Virus record (IMG/VR): IMGVR_UViG_3300025400_000011
Coordinates: 32,001 to 96,000 of that record
Length of the DNA: 64,000 bases
Origin: a virus
Reading direction: 5' to 3' (one strand)
The notes under the pieces are model-generated. The model was not told the origin of the DNA. It did not search any database and saw nothing but the letters and a program-made list of their open reading frames with translations. Position 1 is the first letter of the stretch. Each line of letters starts with the position of its first letter. The position numbers and the translations under genes were made by a program. Positions 49,043-59,657 of this stretch are shown here, piece after piece.

Positions 49043-50884
49043 ATGAGCGAGAAAACCAGCCCATCCCCATTAACTGATTCTAGTATTAGTAGTTTAGAGT
49101 TAGAACTTTTACAGCCAGCAGAGCCAGTAAAAGAAGTACAGAGAATAAGCAAAGAGGATATTACTTTTGTTATTCCTGTATATAAGTTAAAAGCTACAAG
49201 GCTTAAAAACTTTATGTTTATACTGCCGTATATTGCGGCAACAAAGTGTAAGGTCATCGTTGCAGAACAAACAGATGAACCAACACCATCAGGTATACCT
49301 GAGCTTATTAAGTCTTTAGATAATGTAAAGTATGTAATGTGGCCCAAGAAGTTCGATGAAGATGTACCAAAGAGGTTTCATCGCACTGCTTTAATAAACT
49401 ACATTACTCAGTTTCATATTGATACTAAATGGGTATGGGTCAACAATGCAGATGTACATTTAAAATGGGAAAAGCTGTTTACTTGGTTAGACCCAGTTTA
49501 TGATTTTATCCAGCCTTACAACGAGTGTAAGATGGTAGATGAAGAAACCACTACAAAGTTAGTTAATGGACAAAAGGTAGAGCTTCATTTTACTGATCCG
49601 TTAGGGGAGTATGAAAACTGCTATGGGGATCATTCTTTCTTATACCGTAAACAACGCTTCTTAGATGAAGGTGGTATGGATGAGAACTTTATTGGTTCTC
49701 GTTATGAAGGCTTAGACCTATACAGGATGATGATTCTTAAGAATATACCTATTCAAAAGATTAAAGCACCTGCTGCTCATCTATGGCACGAAATAGATGT
49801 AGATGAGTATAATATGATTAGTAGTTTACACTTTGTTAAGTTAGAAGCAAAGTTTAGTAATGAAGCTAAATCATTAGAAACTATAGATATTAAGTTCTTA
49901 AAAGAGTGGCGTAAAAAGAAACCTACATTGCGTCACCGTAATGATATGGCTGTTATTACAAGTCATTTTAACTGGGCTGGTTACAAGCGTCCTAAAGCTA
50001 ACTTAATGCGGTTTCTACGCTATATGGAATCGCAACAGATTCCAGTATACGGGGTAGAGGTATCATTATCAGATAGCTTTACCACGGAAGGTAATGATAA
50101 CTGGTTACGTATTAAAGGTGACCAAAATAATATCTTATTCCAGAAAGAATGTTTATTAAACTTAGCAGAAAAAATGGTACCTGAAAAGTACACCAAGATT
50201 GCTTGGTTTGATCACGATGTGTTTTTAGACAATAACTCCTGGTATGATGAAACTTCATTTGCACTAGACCACAATCAAATCGTACAAGTATTTGATACAT
50301 GTTACTGGACCACTGAAACAGGTACTATTGGTAAATCGTTAGAAGCAATGTGCAAATGTCCTCCAAGGGAAGAACGCTGGACCGGGCACCCTGGCTTTGG
50401 TATAGCTGCTAAGAGAACAATGTGGCATCCAGAAATAGGCGGGTTATATCCTTATTGTCCATTAGGTCATGGTGATACTACATTCATGTATAGTATCTTC
50501 GAAGTACCTATAGGTGTTCACACTCAAATAGGTATTGGATTAAATAACTGCCCTGATTACATACCTTATCACAAATGGTATAACAATATTATAGACTTTG
50601 CTGCAGGAGCACCAATCGGTTCAGGTGAAGGTAAAGGTGCTAAAAAGCTTGTATCATATGTACAGGGTAACTGCTTCCATGAATGGCATGGCGATATATT
50701 CAATCGTAGCTATGTAGATAGAGCTTTCTTAATGACTTGGTACAATCCTGAAAAACATATCTTTATTAATGAGAAAGGTATATTAGAATTACGTAATGTA
50801 CCTGAAACTTGGTTAAAGATGATACAAAAGTACTTCTTTGATAGACGAGAAGATGGATGCATATTGAAAGGAATTCCACAATGA
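49043..50884 (+). CDS. Two-domain glycosyltransferase-like protein
   Basis: N-domain: ITFVIP, VIVAEQ, NADV, GGMDENFIG..YEG, HLWH. C-domain: LFQKECLLN, IAWFDHDV, G.GD, HEWHG...NRSY. Confidence 0.72.
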   Translation: MSEKTSPSPLTDSSISSLELELLQPAEPVKEVQRISKEDITFVIPVYKLKATRLKNFMFILPYIAATKCKVIVAEQTDEPTPSGIPELIKSLDNVKYVMWPKKFDEDVPKRFHRTALINYITQFHIDTKWVWVNNADVHLKWEKLFTWLDPVYDFIQPYNECKMVDEETTTKLVNGQKVELHFTDPLGEYENCYGDHSFLYRKQRFLDEGGMDENFIGSRYEGLDLYRMMILKNIPIQKIKAPAAHLWHEIDVDEYNMISSLHFVKLEAKFSNEAKSLETIDIKFLKEWRKKKPTLRHRNDMAVITSHFNWAGYKRPKANLMRFLRYMESQQIPVYGVEVSLSDSFTTEGNDNWLRIKGDQNNILFQKECLLNLAEKMVPEKYTKIAWFDHDVFLDNNSWYDETSFALDHNQIVQVFDTCYWTTETGTIGKSLEAMCKCPPREERWTGHPGFGIAAKRTMWHPEIGGLYPYCPLGHGDTTFMYSIFEVPIGVHTQIGIGLNNCPDYIPYHKWYNNIIDFAAGAPIGSGEGKGAKKLVSYVQGNCFHEWHGDIFNRSYVDRAFLMTWYNPEKHIFINEKGILELRNVPETWLKMIQKYFFDRREDGCILKGIPQ

Positions 50885-51495
50885 GTAGACAACCCACATA
50901 CACGCTAGATACTTTTACTAAACATATACCTACTTGGGAACGAGTATTAGATGAACCATATAGACAGACCTTTATTAATACCCCTACCAATATATTAGAT
51001 ATTGGTGCAGCAGAAGGGGCAGCAACTATATGGTTCGCTGAAAATCTTATTAGTAACCCTAAGTCAAAGGTTTACAGTGTTGATAGTTGGTGGCAAAAAG
51101 AACTCGAAAAGAAGTTTGATGCTAATGTTTCAGATAGTGGCCTCTCATACAGAGTAATAAAACAAAAAGGTAGTATACCGCACATTCTTAGTGAACTCGT
51201 TGTTAAGCAAACAGGCTGGAACAAGTTCGGTGTTATACATTACAACTATAGCACTAACACTATAGATGCTCTTAATATTATCACTACATGTTTTAACCTA
51301 CTTTTAAGGGATGATGGTATTTTAGTTATTAATAACTACGACACCACACATAAAATTAACCTATTAGGCGGTACTGCAGTGCATTATAGAGAAGCACTAG
51401 AGTTTTTAAAGAGAGTGTATGCAGGTAGATATGAAGTGTTAGTTGCAGATAAGCTTTTGATACTTAAAAAGCTATCACCAGAACAAATACTATAA
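50881..51495 (+). CDS. Class I SAM methyltransferase-like (Methyltransf_24), possibly degenerate
   Basis: ILDIGAAEG..T.W, YSVDSW; the usual DG.H and DDY positions appear replaced (NYST, NNY). Confidence 0.68.
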   Translation: MSRQPTYTLDTFTKHIPTWERVLDEPYRQTFINTPTNILDIGAAEGAATIWFAENLISNPKSKVYSVDSWWQKELEKKFDANVSDSGLSYRVIKQKGSIPHILSELVVKQTGWNKFGVIHYNYSTNTIDALNIITTCFNLLLRDDGILVINNYDTTHKINLLGGTAVHYREALEFLKRVYAGRYEVLVADKLLILKKLSPEQIL

Positions 51496-52964
51496 TGGAA
51501 AATAAAATCATATGGGGTGCATCTGGTTTATCCCACGATGCTGCATTATCTGTAATAAAAGACGGTAAACTTGTATTTGCGTCTTCATCAGAACGCTATT
51601 CTCGTGTTAAAAATGATCTTAACTTTGACCCACTTTTAATAAGAGATGCATTAGAGTTTGGTAAACCAGACGTTATAGTATGGTACGAAAAGCCTTTTAA
51701 AAAGTTCTTAAGACGGTTAGTTGTAGATAAACTTTGGCAACCATATAGTGTAAAAGACGTATTTAAGAAGCACGAAGTACAAGCACCCATACAGTACGTA
51801 GATCATCATTTATCGCATCTATGTGCATCTCTATATACTGCACCATTTAACACGGATAAAACATTAGGATTAGTAGTGGATTCAGTAGGAGAGTTTGATA
51901 CACTAACTGTGTGGGACATAGATAACGGTAAATACAAATGCATTGATAAGAGAAAATATCCAAACTCATTAGGTTTGTTTTATTCTTCTATTACAGACTT
52001 GTTAGGTTTAAAAGCTCAAGAAGAAGAATATATTATGATGGGTATGGCAGCTTATGGTACCAATAACTATAAGAAATACTATAACTTTTTTTTAGAAAAC
52101 TTATTTGATAACGATTGTAACTTAGTTATTGATTTACGTAGAGGTTGTAGAGGTTTATTAACTAAAGAAGAAGTAGAAGCTAATAAGTTTGATATTGCTT
52201 TAGCTGCTCAAAAAATATACGAAGATATTGTAGTAGACATTACAAAAGAGTATCTTGCTAAAACAGGTTATAAAAAGCTTATACTGTCTGGTGGTTGTGC
52301 ACTTAACTGTACAGCTAATACTTTTCTATTAGAGTTAGTAGATGATATGTGGATATTTCCTAATCCAGGAGATTCTGGTTCTGCAGTAGGTGCTGCTCTA
52401 GCCTATTACAATCAACCGGTAGAAATGCGCAATCTCTATCTTGGTCATGATGCTCAATCTAGTGTTGATATAGATGAACTAGTAAACTATTTAGATACTA
52501 ACAAAATGGCCGGTGTAATATATGGTAAAGCAGAGTTTGGTCCAAGAGCATTAGGACATCGTTCTATTTTAGCAGACCCTAGAGTACACAATATTAAAGA
52601 TATTGTTAATGAAGTAAAAGGACGTGAAAAGTTTAGACCGTTTGCTCCTATTGTATTAAAAGAGCATTTTAACGAAATATTCTATAATAAGGGTACGAGT
52701 GATTCTTATCCTTACATGCAGTACACTCATATGTGTAAACGTCCAGATGTATATCCAGGTATAGTACACGTTGATGGTAGTTCTCGAGTACAAACAGTAG
52801 ACGTAAACACTCCTTTTATACACCAAGTGCTTAAAAAGTGGTACGATAAGACCGGTTGTCCTATTTTACTTAATACAAGTTTAAACATAAAAGGTAGACC
52901 TTTACTTAATAGTAGAGAAGATATAAAAGAGTTTGGCCATACTAAACTAAAAATATTTGGCTAA
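51495..52964 (+). CDS. O-carbamoyltransferase (CmcH/NodU/TobZ family)
   Basis: HDAA, ERYSR.KND, HH.SH, SLGLFY, MGMAAYG, GGCALNC, PGDSG, EFGPRALGHRSIL, RE.FRPFAP, HVDGSSRVQTV, LNTSLN. Confidence 0.93.
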   Translation: MENKIIWGASGLSHDAALSVIKDGKLVFASSSERYSRVKNDLNFDPLLIRDALEFGKPDVIVWYEKPFKKFLRRLVVDKLWQPYSVKDVFKKHEVQAPIQYVDHHLSHLCASLYTAPFNTDKTLGLVVDSVGEFDTLTVWDIDNGKYKCIDKRKYPNSLGLFYSSITDLLGLKAQEEEYIMMGMAAYGTNNYKKYYNFFLENLFDNDCNLVIDLRRGCRGLLTKEEVEANKFDIALAAQKIYEDIVVDITKEYLAKTGYKKLILSGGCALNCTANTFLLELVDDMWIFPNPGDSGSAVGAALAYYNQPVEMRNLYLGHDAQSSVDIDELVNYLDTNKMAGVIYGKAEFGPRALGHRSILADPRVHNIKDIVNEVKGREKFRPFAPIVLKEHFNEIFYNKGTSDSYPYMQYTHMCKRPDVYPGIVHVDGSSRVQTVDVNTPFIHQVLKKWYDKTGCPILLNTSLNIKGRPLLNSREDIKEFGHTKLKIFG

Positions 52965-52965
52965 T

Positions 52966-54435
52966 ATGCCTGAAAAACCACCATTAATACATGATGCAGT
53001 ACAGAGACTAGTAAATGTCAAGAAAACATTAGACACTACTAGTTCTAGTTTCTGTTTAGCTAAGTGGAATCAAGTAACTATACATCTTACTAATGGTACT
53101 ACACATAGTTGTCATCATTGCCCTGCTCATAAAATACCTTTAGACGAGCTTAAGAACAACGTTTCTGCTTTACATAACACTAGCGAAAAGAAAGAAAAAC
53201 GTAAGATGATGCTCGAAGGTAAGCGTCCAGAAGAGTGTAACTTTTGCTGGCGTGTTGAAGATCTTAATAACCCAGACTTGTTTAGTGATAGAGTTAAGAA
53301 AAGTTCTAACCTCTGGAATGACAATACTATAGAGATTATACCCAAGCTACCTTGGGATACTGATGTCATACCTAAGTCGATGGAACTAGACTTTTCTAAT
53401 GCTTGTAACTTTAAGTGTTTATACTGTTCACCGGTTTACTCTTCTACTTGGGCTAAAGAAATAAGAGAACATGGTCCTATACATGCAGGTGCATTTATTA
53501 ACAACTCATTAAAGATGATAGCTATGGAGGAAAAGACTCCTATAGAAGATGAAGACAGTAACCCATACGTACAAGCATTTTGGAAATGGTTTCCTGATAT
53601 ACTAGAAAGCGGTCAATTAAGAGAGTTGAGAGTTACAGGCGGGGAGCCCTTATTGAGTAAAAATACGTTCAAGTTAATGGACTTTTTTATTGAACACCCT
53701 CAACCAGAGATGGTATTCAGTGTTAACTCAAATCTTGGTGCACCAGAAGCTTCGATTACTAAGCTTATAGACAAGCTCAATAAAATAACATCAGCTAAAG
53801 CAGCTAAAAGAGTGGCCCTATACACAAGCGGTGAAGGTCACAGTGAAAGAGGCGAATACATACGTTACGGACTTAAATACGATACATGGTTAAGTAACGT
53901 CGATCGTATACTAAAAGAATGTCCAGAAGTAGAAATGATTTTTATGTGCACATATAATGCACTATCAGTTACTTCGTTTAAAGGGTTTTTAATGGATGCA
54001 TATGACTTGATACAGAAGTACACCGATCCTTATGTACGTATGCAGCCTATTATTATTAGTATACCATATCTAAGACAGCCTGAGTTTTTAAGTGCATGGA
54101 ACCTTACTGAAGACTTTTTAGGTTATATAGAAGAGTGTACTGAATACATGAAAGAAAAAACTCGTAAAACTAAAAAAGATCCTGATGCACCAGAAAGATA
54201 TAGTGTGGTTGAGCCAGGCTTTCCTTTATTATGTACCCAAGAAATGGAAAGAGTGCTTGAGGTCATGAAAAATGCTATAATTAACAATGTAGGCAGAAAT
54301 CATGACGTTGCGGTTCTACGTAGAGCGTTTCATCAGTTTATAGATGAATGTGATAGTAGACGTAACACTAGCTTTTTAACTACATTCCCAGAAATGGCTG
54401 ATTTTTATTATTTTTGCAAAAACAACTACCCATAA
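52966..54435 (+). CDS. Twitch-domain radical SAM protein 1
   Basis: N-terminal FCLAKW...SCHHC...ECNFCW; CNFKCLYC; TGGEPLL. Confidence 0.9.
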   Translation: MPEKPPLIHDAVQRLVNVKKTLDTTSSSFCLAKWNQVTIHLTNGTTHSCHHCPAHKIPLDELKNNVSALHNTSEKKEKRKMMLEGKRPEECNFCWRVEDLNNPDLFSDRVKKSSNLWNDNTIEIIPKLPWDTDVIPKSMELDFSNACNFKCLYCSPVYSSTWAKEIREHGPIHAGAFINNSLKMIAMEEKTPIEDEDSNPYVQAFWKWFPDILESGQLRELRVTGGEPLLSKNTFKLMDFFIEHPQPEMVFSVNSNLGAPEASITKLIDKLNKITSAKAAKRVALYTSGEGHSERGEYIRYGLKYDTWLSNVDRILKECPEVEMIFMCTYNALSVTSFKGFLMDAYDLIQKYTDPYVRMQPIIISIPYLRQPEFLSAWNLTEDFLGYIEECTEYMKEKTRKTKKDPDAPERYSVVEPGFPLLCTQEMERVLEVMKNAIINNVGRNHDVAVLRRAFHQFIDECDSRRNTSFLTTFPEMADFYYFCKNNYP

Positions 54436-54436
54436 T

Positions 54437-55039
54437 ATGAAAGAAAAAACTTTAAAAGAACTACAAAGACAGTATTTTAGTCCAGAGGGCTTTGCATACG
54501 ACGAGTTCCTATCTTATAACAAGTATAGAATGAACCCAGTATCATCATTTGATTATGCTGGACCCAGTCGTATTAAAAACATACTTAATCCAGAACAAGA
54601 CAGCTGTATTGTTATTATAGAAAGAGATTCTGGAACGAACATATCTTTAATGGATGGAGAAATGGGTAGAGGTTTGATAGACAAATGTCTAGAAAAAGAA
54701 TGGAAGCCTAAACTCATTGTACCCGGTAGATCTTTTAGTTTTAACAATACTAAAGCAGAACCAGGAGAGCCTGTAGAGATCAAGTTTCAGTTTTATAACT
54801 CGTTTCCTATAGAAAAAACAGAGGATAATGAAAGTGCTTTAAACCTGGTTGTAGGAGAGATTATATTTGCGTTTAAATCGTTTTATAACTTTGATGAAAT
54901 AAACTTTACTCAAGATCTGTTAGAAGCTATACTTAAAAAGGAACCGGCATTTTTTAAAATAGATTTAATAAATGAAAAAACTCACATGAACGGATTATTT
55001 AGTTTAGTACCTCCACCAGTAGCAGAACCACAACAATAA
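54437..55039 (+). CDS. Hypothetical protein
   Basis: 200 aa ORF between the radical SAM paralogues. Confidence 0.65.
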   Translation: MKEKTLKELQRQYFSPEGFAYDEFLSYNKYRMNPVSSFDYAGPSRIKNILNPEQDSCIVIIERDSGTNISLMDGEMGRGLIDKCLEKEWKPKLIVPGRSFSFNNTKAEPGEPVEIKFQFYNSFPIEKTEDNESALNLVVGEIIFAFKSFYNFDEINFTQDLLEAILKKEPAFFKIDLINEKTHMNGLFSLVPPPVAEPQQ

Positions 55040-55052
55040 GCTAAATTATTAT

Positions 55053-56531
55053 ATGTCACTTAATGGCCAAATGGATGGTACTCTAAAAACGGTTAAGAAT
55101 AAGCTTAATGCTGTTAGCCCTAGCTTTTGCTTAGCTAAATGGAATCAGGTAACTATACATTTAAATAATGGTACTACTCATAGTTGCCATCATTGCCCTT
55201 CTCACAAAATACCTTTAGAAGAGCTTAAGAACAATCCGTCTGCTCTACACAATACAAACGAGAAAAAGAACACTCGTAAAATGATGTTAAACGGAGAAAG
55301 ACCTAAAGAGTGTAACTTTTGTTGGCGAGTAGAAGATTTAAAAGATGAAAACATATTTAGTGATAGAGTGAAAAAAAGTTCTGACCCATGGAATGATGAT
55401 CGTATCGATACGGTGCCTAAGATGCCATGGGACGTTAATGTTATACCAAAGTATATCGAGTTAGACTTTTCTAATGCATGTAACTTTAAATGTTTATACT
55501 GTTCCCCTGCTTATTCTACTAGCTGGGTAAAAGAAATAAAAGAACATGGACCTATAGAAGCTGGTAAGTTTCGAGTAAATTCTTTGCAGGCTTTAGCAGC
55601 AAAAGGAGAACTACCTTTTGATGGAGACGAAGAAGATAACCCATACATTCAAGCTTTTTGGAAATGGTTTCCAGACGTACTAGCAAGCGGAGAGTTAAGA
55701 GACATAAGAATCACAGGCGGTGAACCTTTACTCAGTAAAAATACGTTTAAGTTGATGGACTATCTTATAGACCACCCACAACCTAATCTTATTTTTAATA
55801 TTAACTCAAACTTAGGTGCACCTAAACCGTATATTGATAAACTTATTGAATATGCAAATAAACTTCACAACACAAAAGCTGTTTCTAGGGTAACTCTTTT
55901 TACTAGCGGTGAAGGTTATGGGGAAAGAGGTAACTATATAAGAACTGGTTTAGACTATAAACAATGGTATGAAAATGTAGACCGTATTATTAGTTCTTGT
56001 CCAGCACTATACACAACATATATGTGTACATACAATGCATTATGTGTTACTTCATTTAAAGACTTTCTAAAAGATGCACTCGCTTTAATGAAAAAGCATG
56101 TAAATTACATTGATCGTTGGCATCCGATTTTATTAAGCATACCTTATATGAGAGACCCAGAGTTTTTAGCTGGCTGGGTTTTAACACCTGACTTTTTAAA
56201 GTATATTGAAGAGTGTATAGAGTACATGAAAGAAAACGAGCAGATTATTGGTCCACACCCTTTAAAGGGTACCTTACCTAAATACGATCAATGGGAGCAA
56301 CTTGTCAGGCCTGGATTTACACCATATATTATACACGATATGGAGCGAGTGTTAGAGGTTATGAAAAACGCTATTAATACTGGAGCGGGTAGAGTAACGG
56401 ATTTAGCTATATTACGTCAGTCATTTCATAAGTTTATTGACGAAAGCGATAGACGCCGTGGAACCAACTTTGTAGAAACGTTCCCAGAAATGGCGGGTTT
56501 CTATTATATGTGTAAGAATGAGTATCCGTAA
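55053..56531 (+). CDS. Twitch-domain radical SAM protein 2 (close paralogue of 1)
   Basis: Same motifs, collinear, both about 490 aa. Confidence 0.9.
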   Translation: MSLNGQMDGTLKTVKNKLNAVSPSFCLAKWNQVTIHLNNGTTHSCHHCPSHKIPLEELKNNPSALHNTNEKKNTRKMMLNGERPKECNFCWRVEDLKDENIFSDRVKKSSDPWNDDRIDTVPKMPWDVNVIPKYIELDFSNACNFKCLYCSPAYSTSWVKEIKEHGPIEAGKFRVNSLQALAAKGELPFDGDEEDNPYIQAFWKWFPDVLASGELRDIRITGGEPLLSKNTFKLMDYLIDHPQPNLIFNINSNLGAPKPYIDKLIEYANKLHNTKAVSRVTLFTSGEGYGERGNYIRTGLDYKQWYENVDRIISSCPALYTTYMCTYNALCVTSFKDFLKDALALMKKHVNYIDRWHPILLSIPYMRDPEFLAGWVLTPDFLKYIEECIEYMKENEQIIGPHPLKGTLPKYDQWEQLVRPGFTPYIIHDMERVLEVMKNAINTGAGRVTDLAILRQSFHKFIDESDRRRGTNFVETFPEMAGFYYMCKNEYP

Positions 56532-56546
56532 TAGCTAAGTATATAG

Positions 56547-56840
56547 ATGAGTTCCTATAAACTATTAGCTGAAAAGTATAGTCAAGTTCTAGAAGAAGAA
56601 GGTAATGATTTAGCAGCTTTATTACATAACCTAGAAAATAATATTAAGACTGTAAACAATAGGGATTTATCAAGCGCGTTTAATCAAGTCTTATTAGCTT
56701 TAAATGCTTCTACAGATAACAACGTAAAACAAGCAGCTATTACTTTACTGAATCAACAAACTCAAATAGCTTCAGAAGAAGATGAAGCTATAGATAATGA
56801 AAATGACAACACAACCGGTGTAAATGGTAACGGATATTGA
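56547..56840 (+). CDS. Acidic hypothetical protein
   Basis: TAAGTA box; LLAEKY..VLEE N-terminus. Confidence 0.6.
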   Translation: MSSYKLLAEKYSQVLEEEGNDLAALLHNLENNIKTVNNRDLSSAFNQVLLALNASTDNNVKQAAITLLNQQTQIASEEDEAIDNENDNTTGVNGNGY

Positions 56841-56867
56841 GGCAATTTTTACTAAATAATATTATAT

Positions 56868-57566
56868 ATGGCTACCTACTACAATTCTCAAGTAACACAA
56901 AATCAAGTTGGCAACAACCCTACCACTTATCAAGGGATTGATTGCAATATCAGCGACACGAGAGCTGCTATACTTTTCAATGTAATACCTAATCCAGTAA
57001 ACAGTTTATCAGGTACAGGTAGTGCACAAGCAAACTTTACTTTAAATTACGTGAATACGGCTAATAATACCGGCGTAGAAGGTCTTTCATCTGGTACAGG
57101 TTCCATATTTGTTGACGGTGCTTATCAATGCACTACAGCAACAGGTACAGTATCTTATCTAGCAGGTGGTACATATACACAAAGCATTAGCGGTGTTGTA
57201 ATTACAAATGGTGGATTAGGCTATTGGGGTCCAGGTAATGATGGTGCAGTAACTTGTACTTTCTCAGCTCCACAATCCGGTTCAAATCGCGCAACTGGTG
57301 TGCCTATTGTTGGTAACGGTAACATTATTGGCGTACAAATCACTAACACAGGTTCAGGTTATGCTAACCCAGGTTCTGCTACAGTAACATTTTCGTCTCC
57401 AGTAGCTCACAAAATGTATTTACAAAAGCATGATTATTCTTGCTTTGAATTTACAGTACCTGCTACAGGTAGTAACGGTGGCGGCGCACAAGCTGTCACA
57501 TTAACCCCAGTAGGTTATAAAGTAGAAGGTCCAACAAAGCGCCGCAAGTATCTCTTAGGTTACTAA
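56868..57566 (+). CDS. Virion structural-type protein
   Basis: ITNGGLGY / ITNTGSGY repeats typical of T4-like structural proteins; TAAATA box. Confidence 0.65.
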   Translation: MATYYNSQVTQNQVGNNPTTYQGIDCNISDTRAAILFNVIPNPVNSLSGTGSAQANFTLNYVNTANNTGVEGLSSGTGSIFVDGAYQCTTATGTVSYLAGGTYTQSISGVVITNGGLGYWGPGNDGAVTCTFSAPQSGSNRATGVPIVGNGNIIGVQITNTGSGYANPGSATVTFSSPVAHKMYLQKHDYSCFEFTVPATGSNGGGAQAVTLTPVGYKVEGPTKRRKYLLGY

Positions 57567-57567
57567 G

Positions 57568-59622
57568 TTATTTCGACGTAGCTCTATAAACTCCGTCCCA
57601 ATCAGCTCCAAGGTTAGCTCCTTGGAGCTCTTTTATTCTCTCTAGCATAGCCTCGTAGTACTTTTTGAGTTCAGGATTGTATTTCTTTAACGCTGTAGCT
57701 AGTTGTATGGCTTCATCCCATTTTTGAGTTCTATAATCTATTAAGAACGCTTCGTGCATTCTGTTTACTTCTGTAACCATCTCGGTTAAGCTGTTTTCTA
57801 ATATAGTGTAAATTCTAACACCTTCTTTTTTACCCTTAACTGCTATACAGTCAAGTTCAAAACATTGATAGTCGTTTTTAACGTATTTGTGCGTTACCGG
57901 TCCAACAATAATACGCACCCCATACGGTTTTGATTGTCCTTCTAGACGAGAAGCCAAGTTGACACCATCCCCTAAGCATGTATAATCAAAGCGCTGAGTA
58001 CTACCCATATTACCTACTACTACAGAAGCAGTATTGATACCTAAACCCATACCAAATGCTGGTATACCTTCTTTAGTTATTTCTTCATTAAACGTGTCAA
58101 GTCTCTTTAGCATTTGCATAGCAGTCTTAACAGCATTACGAGCATGATCTGGATCATCTAAAGGAGCGTTCCAGAAAGCCATTTGTGCGTCACCAATATA
58201 TTTGTCGAGGGTACCGTCGTTATCTAATATGGCTTGAGTCATAGCAGTCATATAACGATTCATTATCATTGTCAGACCTTGTACGTCTTTACCATAATGC
58301 TCTGATATAGTTGTGAAGCCTCTTACATCAGTAAACATAATAGATAACTCTCTTTCATCTCCACCAAGCTTTAACAAACCTGGATTTTTTTGTAGTTTCT
58401 CTACTAATGCTGCACTTAAATAAGTACCAAATTGCTTCTTGATCTGCTGCTTTAACTTAAACTCCATTACAAATCTAAAGAATATAGCACCTACCCAAGG
58501 CAGCAATACCGCTAAAGTAGGCCAAGTATAATCCGTAAGATATCCGTAATTAGCAAATAAGCGTAATCCAATAAAATAAGGTACACATAAGAATGCTGTG
58601 ATTAGTAGGCCATTTAGGATATACCCCAAATAACAAGCAGCAACAATAAGAATAATAGCAAGTATAATACCACCTGTAAGCTCATATAGATCGAATGTTG
58701 AGGGCCTTTGTAATCTGCTGCTATCTATCAACATTTGCAAGGTTTGAGCAGATACCTCATACCCTTGGGAAATACCAACAGGAGTAGCTACAGTATTATT
58801 TAGGCCTTCTGCAGTTAAAGCAATGAATACTATCTTATCTTTAACAATGGACCAGTTAGCATCTGCAAATGAAACCGAATCAAATGTGTATTTAAAGTTT
58901 ATCCACACTCTACCGTTAGCATCAGTAGCGATAGGTGGCGTGCCTTTAACTCTAATAGCCTGTACTCCAGCTTGATCTACTTTAGCTTGATAAGACTCTT
59001 CTCCACCAAACATTCTTAGTGCTTCTAAAGGTATAGTGGGGTAGGTTTCTTTCTTTACTTGTACTACTAACGGTAAACGTCTCGTAACTGAGTCTATTTC
59101 AGGGGTTGTTAACAACATACCGACACCGCCCGACGACTGACCTATCTCTTTAGTTGGTCCAATAGCGGCAGGGTACGTATATAACCAATCACCTAAGTCT
59201 CCACCTATTGCTGCTAAACCTCTTGGTACAGGCTGTCCTTTACCTTTTTGTGCTGCTGATTGTGCAGTTATTACTGGATATTTTTGTAAAGTACTATTAA
59301 ATATTGTATCACCACCTAATCTATCTTTCTCTGAAAATAGAATAGGCATAACAACTAACTGCGCACCATTATTAAATGCTTTTTCCAAACCTTCGCTCAA
59401 TACTGCTCTGGACATCGGCCACTGGCCAAACTTGTCTAACGTCGCCTCGTCTATGGTTACTACAACAATATTATTACTTTTTACTTTACTTTGTTGCCTT
59501 TGATAATAATCTAATCCTTTTAAGCGGGCTGTTTCAATAAAAAACGGATCCTTTATTCTTAATATAACTAGTCCAGCAAGGATAGCAAACCCAGTGAGCA
59601 TTATCTTATATGTATGTTTCAC
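57568..59622 (-). CDS. CHASE2-domain membrane adenylate cyclase (class III)
   Basis: IVVVTIDE..L...GQWP..R (CHASE2), three TMs, FTDVRGFT, DKYIGDA.MAFWNAP, G.GINT...VGNMGS..RFDYT.LGD.VNLASRLEG; likely GTG start at 59622. Confidence 0.93.
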   Translation of the reverse strand: MKHTYKIMLTGFAILAGLVILRIKDPFFIETARLKGLDYYQRQQSKVKSNNIVVVTIDEATLDKFGQWPMSRAVLSEGLEKAFNNGAQLVVMPILFSEKDRLGGDTIFNSTLQKYPVITAQSAAQKGKGQPVPRGLAAIGGDLGDWLYTYPAAIGPTKEIGQSSGGVGMLLTTPEIDSVTRRLPLVVQVKKETYPTIPLEALRMFGGEESYQAKVDQAGVQAIRVKGTPPIATDANGRVWINFKYTFDSVSFADANWSIVKDKIVFIALTAEGLNNTVATPVGISQGYEVSAQTLQMLIDSSRLQRPSTFDLYELTGGIILAIILIVAACYLGYILNGLLITAFLCVPYFIGLRLFANYGYLTDYTWPTLAVLLPWVGAIFFRFVMEFKLKQQIKKQFGTYLSAALVEKLQKNPGLLKLGGDERELSIMFTDVRGFTTISEHYGKDVQGLTMIMNRYMTAMTQAILDNDGTLDKYIGDAQMAFWNAPLDDPDHARNAVKTAMQMLKRLDTFNEEITKEGIPAFGMGLGINTASVVVGNMGSTQRFDYTCLGDGVNLASRLEGQSKPYGVRIIVGPVTHKYVKNDYQCFELDCIAVKGKKEGVRIYTILENSLTEMVTEVNRMHEAFLIDYRTQKWDEAIQLATALKKYNPELKKYYEAMLERIKELQGANLGADWDGVYRATSK

Positions 59623-59657
59623 TTGTATATTTACAAATAACCAATAAATAGACTTAC

